A stretch of DNA of 64,000 bases, taken from contig CAWEXU010000030.1 in assembly GCA_963813075.1 (NCBI GenBank), positions 288,001 through 352,000 on the forward strand, read 5' to 3'. The translations under genes were made by a program, and so were the position numbers. The notes beneath the pieces were generated by a model. The model did not search any database. It was not told the origin of the DNA and saw nothing but the letters and a program-made list of their open reading frames with translations. Positions 41,423 through 53,725 of the stretch are shown here, piece after piece (within the stretch, counting starts at the first letter, position 1; each line of letters begins with the position of its first letter). Origin of the DNA: Methanotrichaceae archaeon (GTDB taxonomy: Archaea > Halobacteriota > Methanosarcinia > Methanotrichales > Methanotrichaceae).

Positions 41423-42106
41423 TTGCCGCATACGGCATCGTCAGAGCTGAAGAGCAAAGATCTGGGCAGGTTTATCCGTGCCCGCTCCATCTCCGATGCC
41501 TGGCACAGGAGCCTGAACCTCATCTGGCGACAGGGAGAGGAGATATCGGATGAGAGGGGGACACGTATCCGGGAGCTTTTATCCCTGCAGGTGGTGGTGG
41601 AGGACCCATACCAGGAGATGATTCCTGAGGAGTATTCCTGGAACAAAGAGCGCCTGGAGGAGTACGCCCATCAGCTGCAGAGCAGCGAGAACCCTGGATT
41701 TGAGTATACCTATGGGGAGAGGCTGCGCGCCTGGTCCCTGCCGGGCACGCCTCCTCTGGATCAGATCGATATGGCCATCAGGCGGCTGAATGAATCCCCT
41801 GCCACCCGTCGAGCCACCGCAGTGACCTGGATCCCGCCGGTGGATTCAGCTAAAGACGAGGTTCCCTGCATGATCGTGGATGACTTCAAGCTGCGCGACG
41901 GTCGATTGCATCTGGCCGTCTTCTTCCGCAGCCATGACTTCGCCGGGGCCTATCCCGCCAACCTCTACGGCCTGGCCAGGCTGCTGGAGTATGCCGCCCA
42001 AAAGGTGGGAGCCCGGCCGGGATCTATATCCACCACCAGTGCCTCCGCCCACATCTATGAGCACGATTGGGACTGGGTGGAGGAGATGCTCCATGGAAGA
42101 GGCTAA
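41423..42106 (+). CDS. thyA: Archaeal-type thymidylate synthase
   Basis: FEYTYGERL, TRRA, VPCM, RSHD, YPAN, SAHIYE. Confidence 0.92.
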   Translation: MPHTASSELKSKDLGRFIRARSISDAWHRSLNLIWRQGEEISDERGTRIRELLSLQVVVEDPYQEMIPEEYSWNKERLEEYAHQLQSSENPGFEYTYGERLRAWSLPGTPPLDQIDMAIRRLNESPATRRATAVTWIPPVDSAKDEVPCMIVDDFKLRDGRLHLAVFFRSHDFAGAYPANLYGLARLLEYAAQKVGARPGSISTTSASAHIYEHDWDWVEEMLHGRG

Positions 42107-42162
42107 GGATAAACAGGGCGAGCGAAAGGCATATCTGCATTCATCGAAAATCCATTACGCTT

Positions 42163-43176
42163 ATGGTCGATAGCCTTCTGATGATCAAGGCAGAAGAGGT
42201 CCACAAAAGGATAGAGGAGGGCAGGCCGGTTGAGTATGAGAACGTCATCATCTATGGCGACCTGGACCTGCACAATCTGGACCTGCCTTTGAACAAAAAT
42301 AAGCGGAAGATGGTAAAATCGATAATCAAGATAGAGTACTCGGTGATCAAGGGGAATGTGTTCTTCGATCACTCCAGCTTTTTGGGGCTGGTGGACTTTG
42401 ACGGCACCGTCTTCTCCCAGGCGGCCAACTTCTCGGATTCCCATTTTCAGGAGGACGCCGGATTCTCAGAATCTCAGTTCCAGGGAGAAGCTAACTTCTC
42501 CCGCGCCCACTTCACCACCGAGGCCAACTTCTCCCGCGCCAGGTTCAGCGACGCCGACTTCGGCAGGGGGCGTTTTTACCGTAGCTTTCACCTCTCCAAT
42601 GCCAAAGTGTACACCCTGCGCCTCTCCGATGCCATCTTTGAGGACGGCTCGAGCATCCACCTGAAGGACCTGAACTACAACCGGATTGTCGTCCGCTGGA
42701 ACTCCATCCGCGACAATCTGCCCTACAACGGCTCAGTCTATCTCACCCTGATCAGGAACTTCAGGAACCAGGAGCAGTTCGAGGACGAGGACGACTGCTA
42801 CTACCAGTATCGAAAGGAGAAGCAGGCCCGGAACACGAAGCTATTTGCAAAATTGATCGACAAATTGGCATGGCTCTCCTGCGGTTATGGGGTCCGGCCT
42901 TCCCACACCATGCTCCTCAGCCTGTCCCTGATCATCCTCTTCACTGCCATCTACTGGGTAGGGCATGCCCTTCAGCCCTCGGCCTCTGCCGATCCGGGGA
43001 GCATCATAACCCTGAACGATGCCTTCTACTTCAGCAGCATGTGGTTTCTTGGCCGGGCGCCCCAGAACATCAGCATCATTGAGGGCTTGGAATTTCTGAC
43101 CGTCTTTGAGACCCTGGCCGGATGGCTGCTCATGGCTCTTTTCCTGGTGACCATGAGCAAGGTGATGCTGAGGTGA
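42163..43176 (+). CDS. Pentapeptide-repeat protein with C-terminal 2TM channel-like domain
   Basis: ANFSDSHF/ANFSRAHF repeats; CGYGVRP; DAFYFS. Confidence 0.85.
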   Translation: MVDSLLMIKAEEVHKRIEEGRPVEYENVIIYGDLDLHNLDLPLNKNKRKMVKSIIKIEYSVIKGNVFFDHSSFLGLVDFDGTVFSQAANFSDSHFQEDAGFSESQFQGEANFSRAHFTTEANFSRARFSDADFGRGRFYRSFHLSNAKVYTLRLSDAIFEDGSSIHLKDLNYNRIVVRWNSIRDNLPYNGSVYLTLIRNFRNQEQFEDEDDCYYQYRKEKQARNTKLFAKLIDKLAWLSCGYGVRPSHTMLLSLSLIILFTAIYWVGHALQPSASADPGSIITLNDAFYFSSMWFLGRAPQNISIIEGLEFLTVFETLAGWLLMALFLVTMSKVMLR

Positions 43177-43186
43177 ATTCACCCCA

Positions 43187-46100
43187 TCAGCTCAAGCCAC
43201 CCTCCGGCCTGGCGACGGCGAGGTTTTGCAGGGCGGCCCGGAGCTCGTCCAGTTGCACCGGCTTGGATATGTAGCCGTCCATGCCAGCATTTAGACATCT
43301 CTCCCTGTCCCCCTCCAGGGCATAAGCAGTCATGGCCAGGATCCGGGGGCGATCAGCCAGATTCATATCCAAAATGGCCCTTGTGGCCTCCAGGCCGTCC
43401 ATCTTGGGCATCTGCACATCCATCAAAACCACATCGTAGCGCTTATGGACCAAAGCTGCCACCGCCTCCGCCCCGTTGGATACCACATCCGCATGGTATC
43501 CCAGCTTGGTGAGCATGAGGAGGGCAACCTTGCGGTTAACCGGATCGTCCTCTGCCAGCAAGATCTTCATATCAGAGTGATCTGCCTCCAGATCTTGTGA
43601 CCTATTCCCGCCCCGGTTCCTGGGAAATAGAGCTTCATTCATCGCCAGCTTCAAGCTGCTCTCGCTGACCGGCTTGGCCAGGGTGACCCTCCCCGGCCAG
43701 AACCTGTCGGACGGGACAAGAATGATGGTGGGCAGCTTTCTTGCCATTTCGGGGAAGAGCTTCTCCGCACCGGGAACATCGATATCCAGAATGGCAGCAT
43801 CAAAGCGGCCCGGGATCATCTCCTCCGCCTCCCTGGCTGAGACCACCGGCTGAATCAGCATTCCTAACCTCTGGGACTGGTCGATCAGCCCAATCAAACA
43901 CTCCTCGCTGCCCATCAGGGCAATTACCCTTTTGCCGGCCAATTTGTGATTGGGGGCGATATCATCCTCGATTGATTCCTCGGTCTTTATCTGAAAATGG
44001 AATGTAGAGCCCCGTCCCAGCTCGCTCTCCACCCATATACTCCCGCCCATCTGCTCGGCCAGCCTGCGGCTGATGGCCAGGCCAAGGCCGGTGCCACCGT
44101 ACTTTCTGCTGGTGGAGACATCCGCCTGGATGAAGGAATGAAAGAGCTTATTCATGTGGTCCTGGGAGATGCCAATGCCCGTATCGGCAACATAGAAGTG
44201 GAGCATATCCGGCTCATCGCCCATCCTCACCCCCAGGGTTACATTCCCATTTTCGGTGAACTTGACCGCATTGCTCAGGAGATTGACCAGGATCTGCTGC
44301 AGCCGGGCAGAGTCTCCCAGGATGGTCTGAGGGACGGAATCATCCAGATCGTAGCTCATCTCCAGCCCCTTCTCTCTACCCTTTGCCGCCACCATGGCCA
44401 TGGATTGATCCAGGCACTTGCGCAGGGAGAAGGGCTCGTGCTCCAGCTTCATCTTTCCCTCATTGATCTTGGTGTAGTCCAGGATGTCATTGATGATGCC
44501 CAGCAATGCATCGCCACTGCTGTGGATGGTCTGCACATAGTCGTGCTGCTCAGGGGATAGGTCCGTCTCCAGCAAAAGGCCGGCCAGGCCGATGACCGAG
44601 TTCATAGGAGTTCTTATCTCATGGCTCATATAGGCCAAAAAATCCCCCATCGAGCGCGATGCCTCATCCGCGGCCTTCTGAGCCTGGCGGAGCTCCTTTT
44701 CCGTCTCCTTGTGCTCAATCATCTCCTCATTGAGGGCCATGTTCACCCTCAGAAGCCAGGCCGTCCTCTCCGCCACCCTCCTCTCCAGCTCCTCCTGGGT
44801 CCGCTTCAAGACGTCCTCTGCCAGCTTCCTCTCGGTGATGTCATGGATAAAACCCTCCAGGGCCACCAGCTCTCCCGAGGGGTCGAATATCCCCTGGCCC
44901 TGCTCCCAGACCCATTTCGTGCCCAAGCTCCCGTTTATCCTGTAGGTCAGCCGGAATGGAGACTGCTTTTCCGTCGCCTCCTGAATCTCATTCCAGACGC
45001 AATCCCGATCGTCTGGATGAATCAGATCGGCATAGGATATCGCATTGCTGTGAAGGAGATCTGAGGGTGAGCGGCCGGTCAGTTCCAGGCAACCATCGCT
45101 TACAAACTCCATCGTCCTTTTGCGGTCGTTCCTGCAGCGATAGGCCATTCCAGGCAGATTGCTCATCAGGGTGGCCAGCTTTCTCTTGCTCTCCCTCAGG
45201 GCCGCTTCTGTCCTTTGGCGCAGGATGGCGTTTCCTATGCTTCCCGCCGCCGCCTGCAGTATTGCCACCTCATTTTCCATCCACTGCCGCTCAGAGTGGC
45301 AGTGGTCAATGGAGATCACAGCGCAAAAACGGCCCTCGATGAATACGGGCAGGAGGAGAAAGGAGAGGATCCCGTTATCCTCCAGAAGTTTCCGACCCGG
45401 ATCGAGGATCTTGGATGTTATGCCCTGAATGGGATTGCCGCGGGAGAGGGTATCCTGCCAGCCGATGAATTGGTCCCAGTAGATATTTCCAGAGAACTGC
45501 TCACCAGGCTCTCTCTGCCACTGTATTGGCTCCTCGGATAGGGAATAGCTCTCCTTCCATTCAGCGCACTCCAGGATCATAATCCGATCAGCTTCAATAG
45601 AGACCCCCAGGATTCCCAGAGCCTTCCTTATGGCATCGGGATCGGTGGTGAGGAGATGGTTGGTGGCTGCTGCCACCCCCCTCAGCAGCATGTCCCGCTG
45701 GCGGAGATCCTCCTCTGCTCTGCGCCTCTGAATTAGCTTGTACATGCCGCTCATGAGAAGTGTGAGCTGGCGCACATCAGCATCATTGTACTCCTCATCC
45801 TTATTGCCCACTCCCGCCACGATGACGATCTTTCCCTTATCCATGATGGGGACGGCAATGTGGCGCAAAATTCGATGATCACCCGGCGAAGAGTATGATC
45901 CCCTGCTGCAGGAGTGGTCATTGATTATCACCGCCTCCCGCCTTTTCAGGGCTTCACCCCAGAGGCCCGGCTCAACCAGATGGTACGCCATCTTGTTCTG
46001 ATCTGCATCCTGCTCCGGCTCGGGGTCCCTGGACCAGTGGTTCATGAAGATGATGCTCTCAGTATCATCTACAAAAGCAAGATAACCAATCCTCGAGCCG

Positions 46101-46609
46101 GTGAGCTTGACCGCCGCCTGAAGGGCATAATTTGCCAGCTCCTTGAGAGAGGCCTCATCCATCTGATTGAGCTTAAGGAGGGCCTCCAGCCGGGACTCGT
46201 CCAATAAGAGCGCCTCCTCTGCACGCATGCGATCGGAAATATTATAGAAGTTGGCCAGGAAACTTACAGAGCCTTGCGAATCCTCCAAAATTCTGGTGCA
46301 GATCATCTCTGCAGTATAACATCGGCCATCGGTCCCCTGTATAGGCAGCTCTCCTTGCCATTCCCCAAGAGACAGAAGGGCAGGAATGACCTCCTCTTGC
46401 AGCTTGACTATGCCGTCCTCATCCGTGAAATCGAATACTGACCGGCCGATCATTTGAGAGGGATCCGAATATCCGCAGCTCTCTAAAAGCCAGGGATTGA
46501 CATACTCGATCCGGCCCTCAGAATCGGTGAGGACGGTGGCGGTGTGAGAGCTTTCCACTGCACGGGCCATCTTTTGCATCCTGATCTCAGCCGCTCTTCT
46601 CCCGGTCAC
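43187..46609 (-). CDS. Hybrid sensor histidine kinase (PAS-GAF-GAF-PAS-HisKA-HATPase-REC)
   Basis: [40 protein letters not shown]. Confidence 0.95.
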   Translation of the reverse strand: MTGRRAAEIRMQKMARAVESSHTATVLTDSEGRIEYVNPWLLESCGYSDPSQMIGRSVFDFTDEDGIVKLQEEVIPALLSLGEWQGELPIQGTDGRCYTAEMICTRILEDSQGSVSFLANFYNISDRMRAEEALLLDESRLEALLKLNQMDEASLKELANYALQAAVKLTGSRIGYLAFVDDTESIIFMNHWSRDPEPEQDADQNKMAYHLVEPGLWGEALKRREAVIINDHSCSRGSYSSPGDHRILRHIAVPIMDKGKIVIVAGVGNKDEEYNDADVRQLTLLMSGMYKLIQRRRAEEDLRQRDMLLRGVAAATNHLLTTDPDAIRKALGILGVSIEADRIMILECAEWKESYSLSEEPIQWQREPGEQFSGNIYWDQFIGWQDTLSRGNPIQGITSKILDPGRKLLEDNGILSFLLLPVFIEGRFCAVISIDHCHSERQWMENEVAILQAAAGSIGNAILRQRTEAALRESKRKLATLMSNLPGMAYRCRNDRKRTMEFVSDGCLELTGRSPSDLLHSNAISYADLIHPDDRDCVWNEIQEATEKQSPFRLTYRINGSLGTKWVWEQGQGIFDPSGELVALEGFIHDITERKLAEDVLKRTQEELERRVAERTAWLLRVNMALNEEMIEHKETEKELRQAQKAADEASRSMGDFLAYMSHEIRTPMNSVIGLAGLLLETDLSPEQHDYVQTIHSSGDALLGIINDILDYTKINEGKMKLEHEPFSLRKCLDQSMAMVAAKGREKGLEMSYDLDDSVPQTILGDSARLQQILVNLLSNAVKFTENGNVTLGVRMGDEPDMLHFYVADTGIGISQDHMNKLFHSFIQADVSTSRKYGGTGLGLAISRRLAEQMGGSIWVESELGRGSTFHFQIKTEESIEDDIAPNHKLAGKRVIALMGSEECLIGLIDQSQRLGMLIQPVVSAREAEEMIPGRFDAAILDIDVPGAEKLFPEMARKLPTIILVPSDRFWPGRVTLAKPVSESSLKLAMNEALFPRNRGGNRSQDLEADHSDMKILLAEDDPVNRKVALLMLTKLGYHADVVSNGAEAVAALVHKRYDVVLMDVQMPKMDGLEATRAILDMNLADRPRILAMTAYALEGDRERCLNAGMDGYISKPVQLDELRAALQNLAVARPEGGLS

Positions 46610-46614
46610 ATCTC

Positions 46615-46863
46615 TTACCAGCCTGCCACCCCCAGAGCTATACCATTGAAGGCAAATCCAAGAGCATCGCTACCCAGCTCGCATAACCGGTCAGAGGCCT
46701 TATCCGGATCACTCTTCAAGAGGGAGATCAGAGACTTGTCATCGCTTTCGCTATTCCTGCAGCGATCCACGCAACGCTCGTGGATCCTCTCTTCGAGATC
46801 CCAACTATCGAGCTTCTCCCTGATCAAAGCCCATCACTTTCCCGCACTCCAGCCAATCCACAT
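46615..46863 (-). other. Probable frameshifted N-terminal part of the histidine kinase
   Basis: Adding one base joins ..ALGVAG to [12 protein letters not shown], a typical PAS-end motif; SD-like AAGGAG precedes ATG 46863; in-frame TGA at codon 10. Confidence 0.5.
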
Positions 46864-47106
46864 ATCAACTCCTTAATTAATGTATTGAATATACCTTAGG
46901 ATATATTTTAAGGCAATGAGGTCCTCTGACTGCCGCTGCCGTCTGGATCTAGAGCAGGAAGGAAGATAACAGGAGGAGGAGAATCAGTAAACATCCCCTG
47001 GTAGGTTGCATATGCGCAGCCGAACTTTTAGTTAATTTGTCAGGACATAGGATGCTTTTCTGAGTATAAAAAATGGCTATTGATAACATCTAGAGGAATC
47101 GTATCC

Positions 47107-47613
47107 TTATATAGACCTCTCCAGCAGCTGTATCAGATCCTCTGTGTTGTACTTTGATATCAGATCCAGCATTCTGTCGGTCTGCCGGTAGAAGCGCCTT
47201 ATCCCCTCGATCCTCTCCAGGGATGACACAGGCGAATTCTCCCCGGTCCTAAGATCAGCCTCCGTCCGGTCCAGAGCGATCAGGATGCACTGGAGATCCT
47301 GGCGGATGTTTATTATCATATCCCTCTTCAGCGAGTCGGGATCTGTGACAGGCAGATAGTGATATCTCTTATCCCCCGGTATGACCACCCTCTTCGCCAG
47401 CCCCAGTCTCTCAAGTGTGCCCATATTGGTGCTCACTGTGGACTTGCTGTAGCCGGTCTCCTCCACCAGCTGGTCCATGGAAAGGGGGACATCCGTCAGA
47501 AATAAAGTTCCATGTAATACCCCCACTGCATCGCAGCAGCCGCGATTATTGGCCCCCTTGACACAGGCATCTATCATATGCCTCTTCAAGACGGCCCTCG
47601 CCTCTTGATTCAT
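47107..47613 (-). CDS. GbsR/MarR-family transcriptional regulator
   Basis: PLSMDQLVEETGYSKSTVSTNM..PGDKRYHY. Confidence 0.88.
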   Translation of the reverse strand: MNQEARAVLKRHMIDACVKGANNRGCCDAVGVLHGTLFLTDVPLSMDQLVEETGYSKSTVSTNMGTLERLGLAKRVVIPGDKRYHYLPVTDPDSLKRDMIINIRQDLQCILIALDRTEADLRTGENSPVSSLERIEGIRRFYRQTDRMLDLISKYNTEDLIQLLERSI

Positions 47614-47746
47614 CACTATCGAGAAGACCACAACTTTTATCTATCTTTCGCATGTTTCGATTGGTCGGTAATATCCGAACTTTTGCCATTCTGAGCTCCC
47701 CAAGATCCTAGAGCTCTGGCAACTCCACAAAATGAGGCATAAGGCA

Positions 47747-50088
47747 ATGAACAGCTCAGAGCAGCTTGGCCGGTGGATCGCAAAAAATCCCATCCTGATC
47801 ATCGCTGCCACTCTGCTCATCACCCTGGCCTCAGTCCACTATGCCCAACAGATCGAGATGCAGGGGCTGACCACAGAGAGCATGGTGGGCAAGGACTCCA
47901 CCCTTTATCAGATCTATGACCATCTCTTTGTGCAGAACTTTGGTACCGAGTCCATCGCCGTATTGATCGAGGCGGACGATGTGGCAACTCCGGAGATCCT
48001 CCGGGCAACTCTCGTCTTCTCCGATAAGATGAAAGAGGCACCGGATGTCCTCTCCGTCACCAGCATCGCCGACATTGTGGCCGATGCGGAAAAGGAGAGC
48101 AGCGGAAGGAGGATTGTTCCCGATCAGGAGAGGATAGACCAGATACTGTCCAAGGACAGTCCCATACTGGCAGCGATATTGCCCGACCGGAGCCATACCA
48201 TGCTCTCCATAGAACTGCCGGTCTCCCTCACGGAAGGCGAGCAGGGAGAGCTGTACCAGGAGACAGAAGGCCAGATGCAACTGGCCGGCTTTCCTGCGGA
48301 CACCAGACTGACGGTCACCGGCCAGCCTGCCCTGATGAACTCCATTACAGGGGAGATGGCCAAGAGCAACGGCCCCATCCTCCTCCTGGCGGGATTTCTG
48401 ATGATAGTGGCATTGCTTTTGACATTCAACCAGGTGAAGTGGTCTCTCCTCCCCATCCCAATCGTCTTTTTGGGGGTTGGCTGGACCTTCGGTGCCATGG
48501 GCCTCTTGCATATACCTTTCACTATGGTGTCGATGTCCGCATTTCCGGTCCTGATCGGCATAGGCATTGACTATGCCATCCAGTTCCAAAACCGGATAAA
48601 TGAGGAGTTCAACCCGCACCGGCCAGCCAGAAAGAGCAGTGATAGAGACGGTCAAGTCACGTCACCAAGCCGGTGATAATTGCTCTGATCATAACCTCCA
48701 TGGGCTTTGTATCTCTGCTCACTTCATCCATCCCCATGGTCAGGGACTTCGGACTGATCTGCTTGATCGGACTGATCCTCTGCTTTCTCTCCGCTCTCTT
48801 TGTGGGGGTGACCATCCTCTACCTATCCGCCGGAAAGCCACAGACCCGTCAGCCAATAGAGGAGCATACGGTGCAGGATCTGAATGCCCGGCAGAAAGGC
48901 CGCCAGAGTAGAGAGGAGACGATAATTGAAAGGATCCTGGAGGGGGTCACAGGCTTTTGCATTGAGAGGTGGCGGCTGATTTTGGCCATCGCCCTCATCC
49001 TCTCTCTGGTCGGCATATACTCTGATACCCTTGTCCCTGTGGACACCGACTTCAAGAACTATGTGCCCCAGGACCTGCCCCCTCTGATAGATTTCCAGCA
49101 TATGAGCGAGACCTTCGGGGGGACAGACAGCATCCAGCTATTGGTGCAGGCCGATGATATCACCGATCCGGAGGTATTGCAGTGGATGGACGAGTTCTCC
49201 ATTTATCTGAAAAGCTCCAGAGAACAGATATTGGGATTTACGAGCATTGCCAGCCTGCTAAAAGAGGCAAACCAGGGAATTCTCCCCACAGACAGGACAA
49301 TTATCAGGGGACTGATCGATGTCCTTGCACCTAACTGGCGGGATATATACCTGGATGGACACAACACCGCTGTAATCGACCTTGATGTAGGCCAGACCAT
49401 AACCAACCTGGGCACCGAGGGCTCAGACCGGCTGATGAAGGAGATCGAGAAGGATATCGCCTGGAATCCCCCACCGGCAGGGGTCTCGGTGAGAATGACC
49501 GGCGACTCTGTGGTGATGACCACGGTCATAACTGCCCTGACCAAAGGAAGGACAGAGCTGACCCTCTTCGGACTGGTGCTGATATTCATAGTGCTCCTGG
49601 TGATCTACCGGGACCTGATTAAGGCCTTGCTTCCGGTTCTGCCCATGCTGGTGGTGGTAGGCTGGATGGGTGGAGTGATGTATCTGTCAGGGATGAAATA
49701 CACCCCACTCACCGCAACCCTTGGAGCCCTGATCCTGGGAGTGGGATCGGAATATGCCATCCTGATGATGGAGCGCTTCTATGAGGAGCTGAAGACGGTC
49801 GGAGAGCCAAAGGAGGCCCTCTATATTGCCACCAAAGCCATAGGCTCGGCATTGATCGCCTCCGGCCTCACCACCATATTCGGATTTGCCGCCCTGATAT
49901 CATCCCCCTTCCGGATCACCAATAATTTCGGGATAGTGACCGTGCTGGCCATAGTCTTCGCCCTGGCCACCACCTTTACCGTGTTTGTGGTGCTGATCTA
50001 CCGCATGGAATTGAGAAGAGAGCTGGTGAAAAATGCGGTAGGCAGGATATTCAAAGCCTTCCGGCAAATCGGGACCGAGGCGAGCTGA
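47747..50088 (+). CDS. RND/MMPL (HAE3-type) transporter, +1 frameshifts near 48612 and 48657
   Basis: GIGIDYAIQ and GVGSEYAI motifs in two homologous halves. Confidence 0.9.
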
Positions 50089-50398
50089 TGGATATGTATT
50101 CCCATCATTTCGAAATTCTATATTGCCGGTCGGGATTATAATCGTCTGCAGCTGAAGTCCTGATTGAATGTCAAAAATAGGTATCACATACAAGTAGCAA
50201 GATACCAAAATCTATTGTTAATAATGCAGGTCGATACTGAGCGACTATATAGAAAATTAGGGCGAAATGCCTGGAGAAAACCATCTCTGAAAATCCGGCT
50301 TGAAGGCAACCTGCAAGGCAAAAGACTGCCGAATTTTTCCCCGGCAGCCCGGCCTTTTTATCGCATAAATTTTACACAGTTTTGCAGATCATTCTCCT

Positions 50399-50953
50399 TC
50401 AGGTCATGGCCATGAGCTCAAGCTTCATCCGGTCCGATTCACCAGCGCCTGATGATGATTCTGCCCTTTGGGTATCCTCATCGGAGACATAGGCCAAATA
50501 GAGCTTGCGCCTCTTGCCCTGGCTCATCTTGACATGCTTGGGATCTAGCTCCAGGGCACGCTTCATCACGCTTATGACCGTTGTCTTATTGAGGCCCAGC
50601 ATGTCCACCAGCTCGCTGGTGGTGTATCTGCCCGGCTTATCCGCCATGATATCGATCAGTGATCGGGCATGATTATCCAGGGCCTTCCCATCGCCTGAGC
50701 TGGACTCGACTGCAGCAGAAGGTCTGGCCTGCCTGGTGCGAAGCTGGCTTTTCAGGTCGGATACCTCTTTGGATAAGCGGTCGACCTGATCGATCAGCCT
50801 GCCCAAGAGCTCGACATCGCTCTTCTTGGAGTCCAGCTCCCGGGACATCTTGTCGATAGCGGATACGAGCAGGATCATGGCCTGGGCTTCTTTATGATCT
50901 CTTTCAATCTCTTCAGCTTTTGTTTTGTATAGCTCTAAAAGCTCTTCGAACAT
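50399..50953 (-). CDS. Hypothetical coiled-coil plus winged-HTH protein
   Basis: Heptad-rich N-terminus; YTTSELVDMLGLNKTTV. Confidence 0.7.
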   Translation of the reverse strand: MFEELLELYKTKAEEIERDHKEAQAMILLVSAIDKMSRELDSKKSDVELLGRLIDQVDRLSKEVSDLKSQLRTRQARPSAAVESSSGDGKALDNHARSLIDIMADKPGRYTTSELVDMLGLNKTTVISVMKRALELDPKHVKMSQGKRRKLYLAYVSDEDTQRAESSSGAGESDRMKLELMAMT

Positions 50954-51094
50954 TTATTGGCTACTCCTAGTATCTTCTAGTTCGATCTCATTTCGAAGCG
51001 AATTAAAAGGTTGCCAGTCAAGGGAAGAACTGTTAAGGTATATAATACTTTTCCTGAAATTCGCCCGGTTAAGGCCATATATAAAATAATATAT

Positions 51095-51895
51095 TTAAAA
51101 TCCGGATTTTTTAATGATAGCGGGCAGATCGCGGATGCTCTTGATGATCGCGTCCGCAGAATCCCGCAATCGGGTAGAGGGGCGGGTGTTCTGCTCTACC
51201 GTCAGGACCCCCAGGTCTGCCGCCCTCAGGGCATAGATATCATTCAGGCCATCGCCGACCATAACCACATGATCATACCTTTTCCTTAGCTCTACCACAA
51301 TCTCCTTCTTCTGCCAGGGGTTGGCGACGGGGTTCATTCGCGATGGCTCTATACCCAGATCACCCAGGCTTTTCAGGCTCCTTCTGCTATCTCCTGAGGC
51401 CAGATAGACATCCGCACCCATGTCCTTTAGATCGAGGAGCACCACCTCCAGCCCGGGAAACGGAATGCCACCGGTGCTCAATGCATAGACGATCCCGCCA
51501 TGATCCTGGTCGACGATGAATCCTGCAGTACGATAGTTCCCGGGACACTTCGCCTTCACCAGGGAGCATGTCTCCTGCAGTTCGCGCATCTTGACCGGAG
51601 AGCTCTTCAGAATCCTCAGGACCTCATCCGGCGAGATCTGGGATGATGAGCAACTGATCTTAATGCACTGCTCGCGACCTGTGGCCAGCACACCTATGGG
51701 ATCGTCGGGATTGTAGGAGATTATATTATCCGGATCGATCTGGGGGACCACCAGGGCCCGGCCGCTCTTTTCCATGATGAGCTCCCAGGTTACGATCTTC
51801 TCCAGGATCACATCTCGATGAATGTCCTTGGCCACGCGATACATCCTCATAATGGTCCCTGCCACATCCATGACCACAGCGAGATCTCCTGACAT
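51095..51895 (-). CDS. HAD-family hydrolase (soluble P-type ATPase-like)
   Basis: MDVAGT, ASGD, MVGDGLND..ALRAAD. Confidence 0.88.
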   Translation of the reverse strand: MSGDLAVVMDVAGTIMRMYRVAKDIHRDVILEKIVTWELIMEKSGRALVVPQIDPDNIISYNPDDPIGVLATGREQCIKISCSSSQISPDEVLRILKSSPVKMRELQETCSLVKAKCPGNYRTAGFIVDQDHGGIVYALSTGGIPFPGLEVVLLDLKDMGADVYLASGDSRRSLKSLGDLGIEPSRMNPVANPWQKKEIVVELRKRYDHVVMVGDGLNDIYALRAADLGVLTVEQNTRPSTRLRDSADAIIKSIRDLPAIIKKSGF

Positions 51896-52002
51896 CAGGC
51901 AGGAGTTTGGGCAAAAGGAAGAGATCAAACTATCGCCATTCAGTACAATAACTTTTTTATCTAGAAGATACAAATAGATCTCAAGCAAGGAAAAGGGGTA
52001 GG

Positions 52003-52722
52003 ATTACGAGGGGAGTAGCGCTGGCTTTGTTGCTGATATCCCTCACTTCCCTGGAGTTCGTCTGCATAGCGTCTGCATTATCCGGACAGGTCCAGGAGGG
52101 GGAGTTCACCAACGGCCTGAAGGTGGCAGGGACCGGCTATTTCGAGGTGGGCGTCTCAGTAAAGGACAGGAACCTGGCTTTGGAGTATAACAGCTTCATG
52201 ACCGGAGACGGCGACCTGGAAATGGACACGGGTACCGTTGAATCCCAGAGAGCCGGGCGTCTGCCGGGCATGGGCAATAGCTCGGCCATTCCTCTGAACC
52301 TCTGGGAGAACACCAAGATAACCTACTCCGGCACCACACCCATGGTGGGGACGAAGTACATCAACTCCAAATCCTTCTGGGGAGGAATAGGGGCAGAGGT
52401 GCAGGAGTCCTTCTCCGTCACTGAGATGGAGAGAGAGGGAAGCACATTCTTCGCCTCCACTGATCCATCCTCCTACACCACCGATCCGGATAAAATCGCC
52501 AGGCTCCTTAAGACCAGCCCGGTGGATTCGGTGGGGATAGCAACCAGGAACTCCTTCAATGGAACCTGGCAGACCGACGCCCATCTGCATAAGATGTTCT
52601 CCAAGGATGTCAAGGTGCACGAGTCGTTCACAGGAACATTCGAGGTGGAAAAGAGGCTTGTCTTCCGGGATGATCCCGCCGGTGAGAAGAGCGAGGCAGG
52701 ATGCGAGGGCATAGACTGCTAG
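52003..52722 (+). CDS. Secreted hypothetical protein (start ATT 52003 or TTG 52027)
   Basis: Signal peptide TRGVALALLLISLTSLEFVCIASA; VAGTGYF motif; C-terminal CEGIDC. Confidence 0.75.
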   Translation: MTRGVALALLLISLTSLEFVCIASALSGQVQEGEFTNGLKVAGTGYFEVGVSVKDRNLALEYNSFMTGDGDLEMDTGTVESQRAGRLPGMGNSSAIPLNLWENTKITYSGTTPMVGTKYINSKSFWGGIGAEVQESFSVTEMEREGSTFFASTDPSSYTTDPDKIARLLKTSPVDSVGIATRNSFNGTWQTDAHLHKMFSKDVKVHESFTGTFEVEKRLVFRDDPAGEKSEAGCEGIDC

Positions 52723-52991
52723 ATCCAGCCCCTGAAAGCAGGCCCTCTTAGAGAAGGACGAGCGGTTGTATGAATCGGCATGCAGTTTAGGCGACGAAGA
52801 GTATGCCTCCCACCAAGGGGCGCTCTGGCCTATCCCCGCCGGCTGCGAAAGAAAGCCAGCCAGCCACGATGGATGAAGGCCGAATTCATGGTTTTGCCAT
52901 CTTCTAGAGGGTATATAATATCGCTCTGCCTTCATATGAATCTCATCTCAAAATAAGGCTTTTATAAACCGGAGGGGGATGGGAGGCCAAG

Positions 52992-53201
52992 GTGAGTGGA
53001 TTGATTACGAATATCGACGCTAACGGCAGGGTTCAGCTTCCTCTTGCCATCAGATACGGCCTTGACCTTTGCACTGGAGACAGGATCGCTATAGACCATC
53101 TGGGCGATGGGACCATCATTCTCAAGAAGATAGAGGACAAGGTGATTTTAGAAGGTACAGATGGTTCAAATGCCATGATGAACACGGCATCCAGCAGCTG
53201 A
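52992..53201 (+). CDS. AbrB/MazE/SpoVT-family DNA-binding protein
   Basis: IDANGRVQLPLAIRYGLDL..GD..GTIILKK; SD GGAGG. Confidence 0.8.
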   Translation: MSGLITNIDANGRVQLPLAIRYGLDLCTGDRIAIDHLGDGTIILKKIEDKVILEGTDGSNAMMNTASSS

Positions 53202-53253
53202 TTCATCCTCGCCTGAGCGCGAGGATCCTGGATCATTATCAGATAAAATATTA

Positions 53254-53327
53254 CGGACCCGCCGGGATTCGAACCCGGGCCCGAGGCTCCGGAGGCCTCT
53301 ATTCTATCCAGACTATACTACGAGTCC
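53254..53327 (-). tRNA. tRNA-Arg(CCG)
   Basis: GGACTCG acceptor, GAGGC-CTCCGGA-GCCTC anticodon arm, GGTTCGAATCC. Confidence 0.96.
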
Positions 53328-53393
53328 ACATAAAATTATAGAATATATAGGCAGCGGGCTCTCTTCCCAGAAAAGTAGCCCTACCTAATGATC

Positions 53394-53702
53394 TTAGCTT
53401 TCCAGAACGATTTCAATATTCACGTTTTTAGGAACCTGAATCCTCATGAGCTGGCGGAGAGCGCGCTCATCGGCATCAAGGTCGATAAGCCTCTTATGCA
53501 CCCTCATCTCCCAGTGGTCCCAGGTAGCTGTCCCTTCTCCATCAGGGCACTTTCTGGTGGGAACGACCATCCTCTTTGTTGGCAAGGGTATTGGTCCCGC
53601 CATATGGACGCCCGTCCTCTGGGCAATCCCTTTGACCTGGTTGCAGATATCGTCCAGCATCAAGGGATTGGTGCCAGAGAGCCGAATTCTAGCTTTTTGC
53701 AT
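53394..53702 (-). CDS. rps10: 30S ribosomal protein S10
   Basis: [23 protein letters not shown]. Confidence 0.98.
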   Translation of the reverse strand: MQKARIRLSGTNPLMLDDICNQVKGIAQRTGVHMAGPIPLPTKRMVVPTRKCPDGEGTATWDHWEMRVHKRLIDLDADERALRQLMRIQVPKNVNIEIVLES

Positions 53703-53725
53703 ATTTTACACCAAAAAAAGTTGGT

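Noticed and set aside
52009..52019. AGGGGAGTAGC resembling the 5' end of a yybP-ykoY riboswitch
   Set aside because: Falls in signal-peptide codons (RGVA); the rest of the motif is absent.
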